Shown one piece after another: positions 30,140 through 40,903 of a stretch of DNA of 64,000 bases. The position numbers were made by a program, and so were the translations under genes. Positions within the stretch are counted from its first letter, which is position 1, and every line of letters starts with the position of its first letter. The DNA comes from Bacteroidota bacterium. GTDB taxonomy: Bacteria > Bacteroidota > Bacteroidia > Flavobacteriales > Weeksellaceae. Below the pieces are notes generated by a model. That model did not search any database. It was not told the DNA's origin and saw nothing but the letters and a program-made list of their open reading frames with translations. The stretch lies in the NCBI GenBank assembly GCA_023393915.1, contig JAEXBS010000096.1, positions 126,443-190,442 on the forward strand, given 5' to 3'.

Positions 30140-30826
30140 ATGACCTTATTGCACATCGAAACTTCTTCAAAAAACTGCTCTGTAAGTATATCTCATAATT
30201 CGGAATTACTTTGTTTATGCGAGAAAAGATCTCTTGATTACAAGCAGAGCGAAAATCTTCATCAGTTTGTTTCGTGGGCTTTAGAAGGTGCGCAAATTGG
30301 ATTTAAAGATCTGGATGCAATAGTTCTAGGTAAAGGTCCAGGTTCGTATACAGGACTGAGAATAGGAGCGTCAGCTGCAAAAGGATTCTGTTTTGCCTTG
30401 AACCTACCGCTTATTGGAGTGCAGTCTTTGGAATCCATGATTCCTCCCGTTATGAGCGAAGAAGTGGATGTTATTATTCCCCTTATCGACGCAAGAAGAA
30501 TGGAAGTATATACTTCTGTGTACGATGGTAAAACGGGTCAAAAACTAGAACCTACCACAAACCTTATCCTTTCTGAGAACTCCTTTAGCGAATATCAAGA
30601 TAAAAAGGTTTTGTTTGTTGGGGACGGTGCGAAGAAAGCAAAGGAAATTCTCAGATTACCTAATGCAAAATTTGATGAGGAAATTTATCCTAGCGCAAAG
30701 TACATGATCACCCAAGCGGAAAAGAAATTTAAAAATAAAGAGTTTGAGGATGTGGCCTATTTTGAACCTTTTTACCTGAAAGAATTCCAGGGAATTAAAA
30801 AAGGCGAAGAATCAAAAAAGCCCTAG
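30140..30826 (+). CDS. tsaB: t6A biosynthesis protein TsaB
   Basis: HIETSS, GPGSYTGLRIG, DARRMEVY, EPFYLK. Confidence 0.94.
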   Translation: MTLLHIETSSKNCSVSISHNSELLCLCEKRSLDYKQSENLHQFVSWALEGAQIGFKDLDAIVLGKGPGSYTGLRIGASAAKGFCFALNLPLIGVQSLESMIPPVMSEEVDVIIPLIDARRMEVYTSVYDGKTGQKLEPTTNLILSENSFSEYQDKKVLFVGDGAKKAKEILRLPNAKFDEEIYPSAKYMITQAEKKFKNKEFEDVAYFEPFYLKEFQGIKKGEESKKP

Positions 30827-30842
30827 TTAAACTAAGGCTTTT
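30816..30842. terminator. Probable bidirectional terminator between tsaB and the PQQ dehydrogenase
   Basis: AAAAGCCcTAGT-taa-ACTAaGGCTTTT hairpin between convergent genes. Confidence 0.65.
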
Positions 30843-30861
30843 ATTCTAGGAAGAATTGGTA

Positions 30862-32073
30862 TTATTTCTTTTTAATTCTAAAGAGTTTTCCGCTGTCAGT
30901 TACCGCATATAAGTTACCATCGCTAGAACTAACCAAGTCTCTGAAACGCTCTTTTGCATCAGTAAGTAGCCATTCTTCCCCACTTACTTTTCCTTGTTGC
31001 AGGACTAGTCGAATAATTTTTTCTCCACTCAAACAAGCGATCATCAGATTGTTTTTCCACTCTTCAATGTTTCCGGAATAGAAATCAATTCCACTAGGAG
31101 AAACGACCGGATCCCAATAATATACGGGCTGTTGTAACCCTTCTTTCTGTCCGATGCCTTCGCCTATCGTTTGTCCAGCGTATTCTATTCCATAAGTAAT
31201 CGTAGGCCAGCCGTAATTTTCTCCAGGTCGAATTACATTTACTTCATCGCCTCCTCTAGGGCCGAATTCTGTTTCCCATAATTCACCTGTTTCTGGATGA
31301 AAAACAAGACCTTGAGGATTCCGATGTCCAATCGAATAAATTTCCGATTTCCAGCCGTCTAAATTGGGGTTGCCTGCTGCTGGACTGCCATCACGGGTGA
31401 TTTTTATGATTTTTCCAAGATAAGTATTTGGATCCTGGGCCAGAGGTCTCGTTTGTTTGTCAGAACGCTCACCGGTACTTACGAATAGGTCTTTGTTCTT
31501 GTCAAAAGCCAATCTGCTTCCATAATGTAATTTTCCATCGTAGGTAGGTGTTGCCCTGAAAATTACTTGAACTTGTTCTAGTTTTGTCTCATCCTCAGAT
31601 AAAACTCCTTTAGCGACTGCCGTATGATTGCCGTCCTGGTAGGGTTCGGAATATACCCAAAAGATCGTGCGGTTCGAACTAAAGTCCGGATCAAGAGCAA
31701 CATCCAATAGGCCTCCTTGACTTTGGGTGTCCACTTCAGGTAAACCAGCTATTTTCTTGATCGTTTTACCATCATTCGAGACCAGAAGCATTTCTCCATT
31801 TTTATCGGTTACTAAAAAACGTGAACCAGGAAAGTCAATAATCGCCCAAGGCCTTCCAAGTCCCACAGAAAGTATATCGGTAGTATACGCTGTCGAGGTT
31901 TTTACACCTTTGATTCTGGTTTGACCAGAAAAAGCGGGCGAAATCTGGGTGTTGGCTTCTCCTGTTTCAGGATTTTGTGAGCTGATATCTATTTTATGAG
32001 ATGAAGAATTTCCATTTTTACAAGAAACGAGTGATAAAGTAGCGATAGTCAAAAGGGTGGTAAAGTATTTCAT
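30862..32073 (-). CDS. PQQ-dependent soluble aldose/glucose dehydrogenase family lipoprotein
   Basis: Lipobox LVSC; QGGLLDVALDPDF, HYGSRL, GHRNPQG, GGDEVN, NYGWP; start moved to ATG 32073. Confidence 0.9.
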   Translation of the reverse strand: MKYFTTLLTIATLSLVSCKNGNSSSHKIDISSQNPETGEANTQISPAFSGQTRIKGVKTSTAYTTDILSVGLGRPWAIIDFPGSRFLVTDKNGEMLLVSNDGKTIKKIAGLPEVDTQSQGGLLDVALDPDFSSNRTIFWVYSEPYQDGNHTAVAKGVLSEDETKLEQVQVIFRATPTYDGKLHYGSRLAFDKNKDLFVSTGERSDKQTRPLAQDPNTYLGKIIKITRDGSPAAGNPNLDGWKSEIYSIGHRNPQGLVFHPETGELWETEFGPRGGDEVNVIRPGENYGWPTITYGIEYAGQTIGEGIGQKEGLQQPVYYWDPVVSPSGIDFYSGNIEEWKNNLMIACLSGEKIIRLVLQQGKVSGEEWLLTDAKERFRDLVSSSDGNLYAVTDSGKLFRIKKK

Positions 32074-32218
32074 TTTGGTGGATTTTGATACTTTAAAATT
32101 AGCAAATAAAACGCAATGCACCTGCTTTAGAGGGAAAGGTTTTTAAAGAAAGGCAGACATACAACTTCATGGCGCACTCTAAGCGGCCATAGAAAAAGTG
32201 TTATTGACCAAAAATTAG

Positions 32219-32596
32219 TTAATCTTTTAGCTTAAACTCTACTTCTTTGTAGATCTCTGTACTGTCCTTTTTGAACAGGATTCCATTATTTCGATCCGAA
32301 ATTTGAGGCCTGAATCCCATAAGAGCTCTTGATTCTGCAAGCATTCGGACTGAGTAGTTTAGTCCGTTCTTTTCTCCTGGTTGAATTTCATGCTGAATTT
32401 TGTTTAAAACGACGGCTTTAGGCCACATATTGTCGTCGCTAAGAGTAAAATTCACTAAATAACCTTTTTCTTGATTGGTACTAAAAGATTCATAAGTGGC
32501 ATCGGCAACCTGTGGTGCTTTTGCTGTTTGACAAGAAATCGCGGAAATTAAAGCAAGAAAAAGAAGAGGAAGGCTTTTTGTTTTAGATATTTTCAT
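32219..32596 (-). CDS. Hypothetical lipoprotein
   Basis: Signal peptide with AISC lipobox. Confidence 0.7.
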   Translation of the reverse strand: MKISKTKSLPLLFLALISAISCQTAKAPQVADATYESFSTNQEKGYLVNFTLSDDNMWPKAVVLNKIQHEIQPGEKNGLNYSVRMLAESRALMGFRPQISDRNNGILFKKDSTEIYKEVEFKLKD

Positions 32597-32643
32597 ATTT
32601 TTACGGACTACGGATAATGTTACAAAACTAATAAAATATAATT

Positions 32644-34230
32644 ATGAGTAGAAAAATTCTTTCGAAATATGCATTAACATTAATTTTTACAAGTTTACTA
32701 CTTGTAGGATGTTCTCGTGAAGACCCAACGCCAGATCCGACCCCAACTCCAACTCCAACACCTGAACCACCTGTAGTCACGGAGAAACCGGATGAGATCA
32801 ATGATTTTGTTTGGAAAGGACTTAATTCTTGGTATTACTGGCAAAAAGATGTCGCTAACTTAGCAGATAGTAAAGCAGCCGATGAGGCAGAGTATGTTAA
32901 ACTAATAAATGGAAAATCTCCAGATAAATTATTTTATAGTTTATTGCACGGTTACGGAACAACGGATCAATTTTCCTGGATTGAGAACGATAATTCCATT
33001 GTCTCCAGCGCCCAGTATATGGCTGAAGTGGAGGCTACTACTGGCCTCGATATAGCTGTTTTTGGCAAAGGAGGAGGCTCTTCAAATTATGTAGCGCTAG
33101 TAAATTATGTAGTTCCTGGATCCATTGCGGACAAGGAAGGGGTGAAAAGAGGAGATGTAATTACCAAAGTAAATGGGCAGTACCTAACGCAGTCAAACTA
33201 TTCTCAATTATTTGGAACAAGTTTTTCTATCACAAGAGCTCAGACCGCTAGTTATGACGGTACTCGAATTACAACGACCGATCGTGCTGAAAACATTGCG
33301 ATTTCTCAAACGCAGATTGACGAGAACCCAATTGCGCATTATGAAGTCATTAAACAAGGAGGAAAAAATATTGGATATTTGGTTTTCAATGGGTTCGACA
33401 TTGATTATAATGACGAGCTTAATGCTGTATTTGGTCAGATGAAGCAAGATGGAGTAAATGAACTTATCCTTGATCTTAGATACAATGGAGGAGGTTCTGT
33501 GAGCACTGCATTAGGGCTAGGTCAAATGATTACTGGCGCTTTTGCGGGATCAAATTATATTTTCATGGACTTTAATGATAAACACAACAATTACGATGGA
33601 TACGATTTGCTTTCAAACAAGATCCAAATCTATAATGTTGTGGACGGTCATCAGGAAGCAACAGGTGAAGTTCAAACAATCAATAGTTTAAACCTTCCGA
33701 AAGTTTATATATTAGCTTCTTTTCAATCGGCATCTGCAAGTGAGCTTACCATTATTGCATTAAAGAAATTTATTGATGTGGAAGTAATAGGTTATTTGAC
33801 CGTTGGAAAATTTGTTGGGTCCAATACACTTTATGATTCGCCAAATCAAGACTTTTTAAGTTATGAGGAAAGAAATAAAAACCATAAGTGGCAAATGCAA
33901 CCCATTACTTTTGCTTACTATAATAATGCAAAAGATCCTCATCCGACAGTGAATTTGAATGATGGAAGTGTAGTTCCAGGAATTATCCCTGCAACCCAAG
34001 ATAACCTAATTCACCCTTTTGAATGGGTAGGGAAAGTTAAAGAGTTCGGAAATCCTTCAGATCCGGAGCTGGGTAGGGCTTTAGCATTAATTACGGGTAA
34101 TGCTGCTACTGCAAAAACCACAAGAAGTAGAGCTATACTTACAAACCGGGGAGGAAGTAAGCTTTTAAGTAAGCCTGTAAGTGCTGCTAGAGGGCTCTAT
34201 CTAACCGACGTAGAAAGATTTCGTAAGTAA
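32644..34230 (+). CDS. S41-family peptidase lipoprotein with Pro/Thr stalk
   Basis: LVGC lipobox, PTPDPTPTPTPTPEPP, WYYW, PDZ (GVKRGDVITKVNG), LDLRYNGGG, SASASEL, TVGK. Confidence 0.88.
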   Translation: MSRKILSKYALTLIFTSLLLVGCSREDPTPDPTPTPTPTPEPPVVTEKPDEINDFVWKGLNSWYYWQKDVANLADSKAADEAEYVKLINGKSPDKLFYSLLHGYGTTDQFSWIENDNSIVSSAQYMAEVEATTGLDIAVFGKGGGSSNYVALVNYVVPGSIADKEGVKRGDVITKVNGQYLTQSNYSQLFGTSFSITRAQTASYDGTRITTTDRAENIAISQTQIDENPIAHYEVIKQGGKNIGYLVFNGFDIDYNDELNAVFGQMKQDGVNELILDLRYNGGGSVSTALGLGQMITGAFAGSNYIFMDFNDKHNNYDGYDLLSNKIQIYNVVDGHQEATGEVQTINSLNLPKVYILASFQSASASELTIIALKKFIDVEVIGYLTVGKFVGSNTLYDSPNQDFLSYEERNKNHKWQMQPITFAYYNNAKDPHPTVNLNDGSVVPGIIPATQDNLIHPFEWVGKVKEFGNPSDPELGRALALITGNAATAKTTRSRAILTNRGGSKLLSKPVSAARGLYLTDVERFRK

Positions 34231-34251
34231 ATCCTCAATTCATTAAAATGT

Positions 34252-34285
34252 AAAAGGCTGCAGGTATTTTATCTGTAGCCTTTTT
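34252..34285 (+). terminator. Intrinsic terminator after the S41 lipoprotein
   Basis: AAAAGGCTGCAGGTA-ttt-TATCTGTAGCCTTTTT. Confidence 0.8.
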
Positions 34286-34372
34286 CAATTACCTAGCAAG
34301 CTAGATTGCCATCTCATTTTTGTATTTTTGTAGAGAAGAGCCTACACTTTAATGTCGGACTAAACTTTTTTT

Positions 34373-36370
34373 ATGAACTTTAAAATTCAATCTGAATTTC
34401 AGCCAACTGGCGATCAGCCCCAAGCGATTGAAAAACTATCCAAAGGAATTGAGCAGGGAGAAAAGTATCAAACGCTCTTAGGAGTTACTGGATCAGGTAA
34501 GACCTTTACGATTGCAAATGTGGTAGAAAAGATTCAAAGACCAACCATAGTGCTGGCTCACAATAAAACTTTGGCTGCACAGCTCTATATGGAGTTCAAG
34601 GAGTTTTTTCCAGAGAATGCTGTAGAGTATTTTGTCTCTTATTACGATTACTACCAACCAGAGGCCTATATTGCATCGACCGGCACTTACATAGAAAAGG
34701 ACCTTAGTATAAATGAAGAGGTAGAGAAATTACGTCTGGCAGCAACTGCAAGCTTGCTTTCAGGACGCAAGGATGTTCTTATTGTAGCATCCGTTTCCTG
34801 CATATACGGTATTGGGAATCCAACGGAATTCCACAAGACTCTGGTTCGAGCAGAAGTAGGTGAAAAGATCACTCGTACAGCGCTCTTGCACGCACTAGTA
34901 ATTGCCCTTTATTCAAGGACTTTAAATGAATTCCAAAGAGGAACGTTCCGTGTTAAAGGGGACTTAGTGGATGTTTATCCTGCCTATGCAGATACAGCCA
35001 TCCGCATTCATTTTTACGGAAATGAAATTGAGAAGATTCAGTCCTTTGACCCAGTATCAGGGAATGTGATTTCTGATTTTGAAAGTATTCAGATCTACCC
35101 GGCTAATTTATTTGTGACTTCCAAAGAGACGCTAAACGATGCCATTCGACACATCCAAGACGATCTTGTAAAACAAGTCGCTTTTTTTCAGAAAATTGAG
35201 AAGCCGTTAGAGGCCAAAAGACTCCAAGAGCGAACTGAGTTGGATTTAGAGATGATTAAAGAATTGGGCTATTGCTCAGGAATAGAAAATTACTCCAGGT
35301 ATTTGGACGGTCGAGAACCAGGTACAAGACCTTTCTGCCTATTGGATTACTTTCCAAAGGACTACCTAATGGTAATCGATGAAAGCCACGCGACCATTCC
35401 TCAAGTGCATGCTATGTTTGGAGGAGATCGAAGCAGAAAAGAATCTTTAGTTGAGTTTGGCTTTCGACTTCCAGCAGCCATGGATAACCGGCCTCTTAAA
35501 TTTGACGAGTTCGAATCCATGCAGAACCAAGTAATTTACGTTTCTGCTACTCCTGCAGATTATGAACTTGAAAGAACAGGTGGAGAATATATCGAGCAAA
35601 TCATTCGTCCTACCGGATTATTAGATCCCATCATTGAGGTTCGTCCTACTGAGAATCAGATTGATGATTTAATGGAAGAGATTCATAAAAGAAGCGAGGT
35701 AGATGAACGTGTCCTAGTGACGACTTTAACTAAGAAGATGGCGGAAGAGCTTACCAAGTACTTTACTAAGTTTGGAATAAGATGCCGCTATATCCATTCT
35801 GATGTTGAAACGTTAGAACGTATTCAAATTATGCAAGACCTAAGAACGGGTCTTTTCGATGTACTAATTGGAGTGAATTTACTCAGAGAGGGTCTAGATT
35901 TACCTGAAGTTTCTCTTGTGGCAATATTAGATGCTGATAAAGAAGGTATGCTTCGCTCCAGAAGATCAATGATTCAAACGGTTGGTCGCGCTGCTAGGAA
36001 TATTAACGGAATGGCCATCCTCTACGCAGATAAAATGACGAAAAGTATGCAGGCAACCATTGATGAGACCAATTACCGTCGGGAAAAGCAAATGAATTAC
36101 AACCAGGAGCACAATCTTCAGCCTCGACAAATTTCTAAGAAGATTTCTGAAGCCTTAGTGGGCAGAGCCAAGGATTTTCCTGAACAAAAATATACGCAAA
36201 GATCGATTGTTAAAGAGGCTGAACAGATTATAAACCAATATTCTGCTCAGGAGCTTGATCAACTCATTAATGAGAAACAGAAAAAAATGGAGGATGCTGC
36301 TAAGAACTTGGATTTCATTTTGGCAGCTCAATATAGAGATGAAATAAAAGCTCTAAAAGGTACTCTATAA
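34373..36370 (+). CDS. uvrB: Excinuclease ABC subunit B
   Basis: [40 protein letters not shown]-terminal UVR domain. Confidence 0.97.
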   Translation: MNFKIQSEFQPTGDQPQAIEKLSKGIEQGEKYQTLLGVTGSGKTFTIANVVEKIQRPTIVLAHNKTLAAQLYMEFKEFFPENAVEYFVSYYDYYQPEAYIASTGTYIEKDLSINEEVEKLRLAATASLLSGRKDVLIVASVSCIYGIGNPTEFHKTLVRAEVGEKITRTALLHALVIALYSRTLNEFQRGTFRVKGDLVDVYPAYADTAIRIHFYGNEIEKIQSFDPVSGNVISDFESIQIYPANLFVTSKETLNDAIRHIQDDLVKQVAFFQKIEKPLEAKRLQERTELDLEMIKELGYCSGIENYSRYLDGREPGTRPFCLLDYFPKDYLMVIDESHATIPQVHAMFGGDRSRKESLVEFGFRLPAAMDNRPLKFDEFESMQNQVIYVSATPADYELERTGGEYIEQIIRPTGLLDPIIEVRPTENQIDDLMEEIHKRSEVDERVLVTTLTKKMAEELTKYFTKFGIRCRYIHSDVETLERIQIMQDLRTGLFDVLIGVNLLREGLDLPEVSLVAILDADKEGMLRSRRSMIQTVGRAARNINGMAILYADKMTKSMQATIDETNYRREKQMNYNQEHNLQPRQISKKISEALVGRAKDFPEQKYTQRSIVKEAEQIINQYSAQELDQLINEKQKKMEDAAKNLDFILAAQYRDEIKALKGTL

Positions 36371-36601
36371 GTTGCATTTTTCTTGAAGAGCTTTTTCTCG
36401 GATTGGAATTAATAAGTGGTTTAGTCCATTAATTTTAATTTCGTAAATCGTTGATAGAAGCATTCCTAACTTACCTTTTGGCATTCCCTTTTTCGCTAGC
36501 CATTCTAAATAGGATACAGGTAGTTCTCCAACGAGTCTCCCTTTATATTTTCCAAAGGGCATTTCTGTTTTGAATAGTTCGATAAGAATACGAGGATCCA
36601 T
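36365..36601 (-). CDS. DUF3820-family small protein
   Basis: MPFGKYKGR...LPVSYLEW...GKLG...YEIKINGL. Confidence 0.85.
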   Translation of the reverse strand: MDPRILIELFKTEMPFGKYKGRLVGELPVSYLEWLAKKGMPKGKLGMLLSTIYEIKINGLNHLLIPIREKALQEKCNL

Positions 36602-36607
36602 TAGTAA

Positions 36608-37699
36608 TTAAAGACTTAAATCGATTTTTTCTTCGAGCTCGTCAGGTTCATTTAGAATGAGTTCATTATTGTCAGTACTGAATTCATTATGGTAAACTTG
36701 GATTAATAGAACGGTCATAGAAACCAGGATTGGGCCGAAAATTAGACCCATAAACCCAAATAAATTCATCCCCATGATGATACCAAAAACGGTATTTAAG
36801 GGGTGTATGTTCTCCAATCGTTTTAGTAAAGTGAATCGTAAGATATTGTCGGTAAGTCCTACTGCGATTAAACAATATATCAGAATTCCAATTCCACCCG
36901 TCGAATTTCCTTCTGCAATCATAAATATACCTACAGGAACATATACAATAGCGGCCCCTACAATTGGAATCATCGAGGCAATAGCCGTCAGTGCAAAAAG
37001 TAGAACGGGGCTAGGCGCTCCAAAAATAAAATAACCAATAAGTGCTACGATTCCTTGTCCTAGTGCAACGACCGGTATCCCAACAGCGTTTGCTAGAACA
37101 AGTTTTCTGAATTTGTATCCTATCAGATTGATATTAGCTCTTTTTAAAGGCATAGCATCCTGAACAATTCTTTCAAATTGTCTTGGTTTTTCAAGCATAA
37201 AATAGAGCATAAAGAAAAGTGAAGCAATTACGGACAGCGTGTTAAAGGTTCCACTTAATGCAGTTGTGGAATATTTCGCAGCACTTGCTTTGATCCCCTC
37301 TAAGTTGTCCTTGCTTAACAGATCTATTTTTGTTTTTTCAAAGACGTAATCATGGATTTTGTCAATAAAAACATTAAACTTCTGAAGATAGACTTCGGAG
37401 GCTCCTAGGTTTTCAATAATCATATCACCTAAAAGATACAAAGGGATAATAAGGACCACCAATGAGATTAATATAATTAAGAAAGCGGACCACATGGGCT
37501 TCCAATTTTTTTCCTCTTGGAGATAAAAATTAAAATTCCGGCATACAATATAAAGGGTCAAAGCACCTAAAAGAGAGGGGATAAATAGGCTAAGATTAAA
37601 TACAATGATGGCCAGTAAGGCAGTAATGATTAAAATAAGGAATACCTGTTTAATCTTGACCCCGCTGATAATTTGATTTCTTTTGCCCATAAAACCCAT
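36608..37699 (-). CDS. AI-2E (PerM/YdiK) family transporter
   Basis: Multi-TM; IPIVGAAIVYVP, DNILRF, IHPLNTVFGIIMG..LFGFMGLIFGP. Confidence 0.88.
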   Translation of the reverse strand: MGFMGKRNQIISGVKIKQVFLILIITALLAIIVFNLSLFIPSLLGALTLYIVCRNFNFYLQEEKNWKPMWSAFLIILISLVVLIIPLYLLGDMIIENLGASEVYLQKFNVFIDKIHDYVFEKTKIDLLSKDNLEGIKASAAKYSTTALSGTFNTLSVIASLFFMLYFMLEKPRQFERIVQDAMPLKRANINLIGYKFRKLVLANAVGIPVVALGQGIVALIGYFIFGAPSPVLLFALTAIASMIPIVGAAIVYVPVGIFMIAEGNSTGGIGILIYCLIAVGLTDNILRFTLLKRLENIHPLNTVFGIIMGMNLFGFMGLIFGPILVSMTVLLIQVYHNEFSTDNNELILNEPDELEEKIDLSL

Positions 37700-37753
37700 T
37701 TAGATGTGTGTGAATTATTTGTAATCGGTGAAGAGTTTTTTACAAGTTAAGGT

Positions 37754-38485
37754 CTATTGATTGATCAATGCTCGAGGTTTTCCTACAAATGCACAATACG
37801 CTGAGTACATAACAACATAGATAAATGGAAAGGTCAATAGAATTCCAATGAAGCAGAAAATAATCCCTGCAATACTTATAAGAAATCCAAGTAAAAAGAT
37901 TCCTAATACGGTAGCATAATTTTCCTTAGCAATAGCAAAGGATTTCTGAATGGCCTCAATAGCGTTTGCGTTCTCAAACAAAAGGACAGGAAACCCAAAT
38001 AAAAATAAAGGGGCAACAAATAAACCAGGTAAGAAACATAAAGCAAAGCTGATTCCAATTATTATGGAAGAGATTAGCGAATAAAGCATAATGTTGATCC
38101 AATTTTGACGGTACCCGATAAACAAATCTTGCCACGAATGTGGTTGACCGTTGTTGTATTTATTTGCCAAATAAATTAGCCCAACAAATAACGGGGAAAT
38201 CAAAATGCCAAAAAGACCGGAAGCAGCATAATACGTTTTAACGCCTTTGATTGCAAAAATATCTGCGGTAGCGAAACCTTCTCCAGAACTCATCATTTCG
38301 TCGTAAATGAGTTGAGAGTCCAGGCCTGAAATCATTTCAAGAAACCATCCTCCCAGAATATAAATGATCACAGCAAGTAAACTGTACCAAAATACTCCTT
38401 TAAACATTTCGAAAGCATGCCCAATGACACTGCTAGTGTTTCTTTCGGGCATTTTTAGTTGGCCCACTTCACCGTAATTTTCCAT
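37754..38485 (-). CDS. Uncharacterised multi-pass membrane protein
   Basis: About 6 TM helices; DLFIGYR, LCFLPG, AIQKSF, LLTFPF. Confidence 0.8.
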   Translation of the reverse strand: MENYGEVGQLKMPERNTSSVIGHAFEMFKGVFWYSLLAVIIYILGGWFLEMISGLDSQLIYDEMMSSGEGFATADIFAIKGVKTYYAASGLFGILISPLFVGLIYLANKYNNGQPHSWQDLFIGYRQNWINIMLYSLISSIIIGISFALCFLPGLFVAPLFLFGFPVLLFENANAIEAIQKSFAIAKENYATVLGIFLLGFLISIAGIIFCFIGILLTFPFIYVVMYSAYCAFVGKPRALINQ

Positions 38486-38553
38486 AGTTTATGATGTTTC
38501 CATCAAATTTAAACTATTTGGACAAATAAACGATAAACGGAATAGTAATTCTT

Positions 38554-39270
38554 CTAGGATTCGTAAAATATTTTACGATATAAAACATAGATGACCGCCG
38601 TGAAAAAAGGATACGTGAAAACAGCTCCAATGATAGTGAACATACCGGCATATTTAAATAGGATTGCAACAAGACAGCAGGCTATAATTTCTAAAGGAAA
38701 CCGCTTTAGAGCAGTAAAATTTAATGAAAGTGTTTCAAACAGTCTTCTTTTTGCAAAGAGCATAAGGGGCGCAGTAAATAGAGTGAGAAGAACCCAAAAG
38801 ACTCCGAGGAAGAGGGTGGGAAGAGTGAAGAGGTACACCATAATCCAGAACAAATAAAAACTTGCAAAGGAAAAAAAGCGAGCCCCTCTGTAGCCTTCAA
38901 ATAAATCAGAAACCTGTAGCTTCTCTCCATTATCTAATTTTCTATAGAGGGTAAACAACCCCAGATTAAGAGGAAACAAGAAAACCGCGCAACCAATTAG
39001 TATCCAATAAAAGGTGGTAAATCCGGGTAATTTCATGATTTCTTGAACTCCTCCTTGGTAAGCTTCCATACTAATAGCTAATTTCTCGGATAACTCGAGA
39101 TACGGTCCGAGAACACCATAGCGAACGGAAGCGTAATAGGCAACTGCAAAAAAGAGAGAAAAAGTAATTAGACTGAAGAGCACTTGGTATAAAAGAGTTC
39201 TGATCCAATAGGAAAAAGCTTGATTTAAAAGGAAAGGAATTCCGGCCTTCGGCGGATAAGGAGGCTGCAT
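38554..39270 (-). CDS. Uncharacterised multi-pass membrane protein, likely related to its neighbour
   Basis: About 6 TM helices; DLFEGYR, VFTYPF. Confidence 0.78.
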   Translation of the reverse strand: MQPPYPPKAGIPFLLNQAFSYWIRTLLYQVLFSLITFSLFFAVAYYASVRYGVLGPYLELSEKLAISMEAYQGGVQEIMKLPGFTTFYWILIGCAVFLFPLNLGLFTLYRKLDNGEKLQVSDLFEGYRGARFFSFASFYLFWIMVYLFTLPTLFLGVFWVLLTLFTAPLMLFAKRRLFETLSLNFTALKRFPLEIIACCLVAILFKYAGMFTIIGAVFTYPFFTAVIYVLYRKIFYES

Positions 39271-39336
39271 TTAAATTTTGTTTTTGCAAAAATAAGCTTA
39301 AAAAAATTACTTTTGCTTAGTAAATTGTTTGGAGAT

Positions 39337-40296
39337 ATGAATTTCGACTACATGGATGAACTTTCCCTCTCGGGATGTCCTTTCTTTTTTATGATCGATT
39401 TCGACATAGAGCAAATCGTGGTACTACCAAAGCGCGAGGCGCTTGAAAAAGGGATCATGTTCGAATTCAAAGATAACAAGCAGGTTTCTCTACATGAAGT
39501 AGAGCCGAAAAAATTAGAGCTATTATCGCATCCAGAAGATTTAGAAAGTTTTAAGAAAGGGTTTGACATTGTTCAGAATAATTTGCAGTTAGGAAACTCT
39601 TACTTAGCTAATTATACGTGCAAGACTCCGGTTGACACTAATTATAATCTCGAAGATTTTTTTTACCAATCCAAGGCGAAATACAAGGTTTATTATCAAG
39701 ATCATTTTGTTAGTTTTTCCCCAGAGACCTTCGTTGAAATAAAAGGGAATAAAATATTCACCTATCCAATGAAGGGAACCATCGATGCTTCGCTTCCCAA
39801 TGCAGCTAGAGCGCTTCGTGAAAACCCAAAGGAAAAAGCAGAGCATTATACCGTAGTTGATCTCTTACGTAATGATTTGAGTCAAGTGGCTGATTTAGTG
39901 GAAGTGGATGAGTTTCAAAGGATTGATTATCTTAGAACCAGTCAGAAAGATCTTCTAGCCATGAGTTCACAGATTTCAGGCGTTATTAAACCTCAATTTA
40001 TTGGAAAAATAGGAAGTATTTTTCGTGAGCTCCTGCCCGCTGGATCTATTTTAGGTGCACCCAAAGTTAAAACAAAAGAGATCATTAGTAAAGCGGAAAG
40101 AAATAAAAGAGGTTGGTATACTGGGGTGGCAGGCTGGTTTGATGGCCAAAATCTCGATTCTTGTGTTCTTATTCGTTTTATTGAGAAGAATAAGGACCAA
40201 TATTTTTTCAGAAGTGGAGGAGGTATTACACACCAAAGCAAATTAGAAGAAGAATACCAAGAAATGATTCAAAAGATATATGTCCCGATTCATTGA
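39337..40296 (+). CDS. pabB: Aminodeoxychorismate synthase component I (short form)
   Basis: SPETF, PMKGT, KEKAEHYTVVDLLRNDL, PAGSILGAPK, SGGGIT; start moved to ATG 39337. Confidence 0.88.
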   Translation: MNFDYMDELSLSGCPFFFMIDFDIEQIVVLPKREALEKGIMFEFKDNKQVSLHEVEPKKLELLSHPEDLESFKKGFDIVQNNLQLGNSYLANYTCKTPVDTNYNLEDFFYQSKAKYKVYYQDHFVSFSPETFVEIKGNKIFTYPMKGTIDASLPNAARALRENPKEKAEHYTVVDLLRNDLSQVADLVEVDEFQRIDYLRTSQKDLLAMSSQISGVIKPQFIGKIGSIFRELLPAGSILGAPKVKTKEIISKAERNKRGWYTGVAGWFDGQNLDSCVLIRFIEKNKDQYFFRSGGGITHQSKLEEEYQEMIQKIYVPIH

Positions 40297-40888
40297 AACT
40301 ATTGAAGTTACAGAGGGCTTAGCTCCTTTACTTTCTTTTCATCAGAGAAGGGTAGAAGAAACCTTTGCCGCTTTTCATCAGCCCTGCTCATTAAATTTGC
40401 ATCAACTAATGAGTCAATTGCCTCATACCCATTACAAAAGTAAATGGAGGGTAGTTTATGATTTAGATGGAGGCTTGGAGTTTAGTTTTACAAGATTTGA
40501 GAAAAGAAGTCACGAAAAGTTCTTAATTATAGAAGCTCCTGAAATTAATTACCAGTTTAAGGGTGAAGACCGCTCTTCTTTGAATCGATACAAGCGAAAC
40601 AATGCAGGAGTAGAAGCTTTGTTTACACAAGAAGGATGGTTAACAGATTCTAGCTATTCCAACCTCATTTTTAAGCAAGCAAATGTTTGGTACACCCCGA
40701 TTACTCATCTTTTGAATGGAGTCCAAAGAAGGTGTTTATTAGAAAGCGGGAAAATAAAAGAGCGTCCTATACATCGAGATGATTTAGTTAACTATTCGCA
40801 TTTCGTGTTGATTAATGCTCTGAATTCCATAGATAATGCTGTGGAATATCCCTTGTCTGCTATTGAAAACCTGGTTCCCGAGGAATAG
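40280..40888 (+). CDS. pabC: Aminotransferase class IV / probable 4-amino-4-deoxychorismate lyase
   Basis: FIETI, HQRR, YQFK, TDSSYSNL, YTP..LLNGVQR, INAL; overlaps the end of pabB. Confidence 0.75.
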   Translation: MSRFIETIEVTEGLAPLLSFHQRRVEETFAAFHQPCSLNLHQLMSQLPHTHYKSKWRVVYDLDGGLEFSFTRFEKRSHEKFLIIEAPEINYQFKGEDRSSLNRYKRNNAGVEALFTQEGWLTDSSYSNLIFKQANVWYTPITHLLNGVQRRCLLESGKIKERPIHRDDLVNYSHFVLINALNSIDNAVEYPLSAIENLVPEE

Positions 40889-40903
40889 GCAATAGGTAGT
40901 GCT

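Noticed and set aside
32722..32772. Short repeats resembling a VNTR
   Set aside because: Degenerate codons of a Pro/Thr linker, explained by the protein
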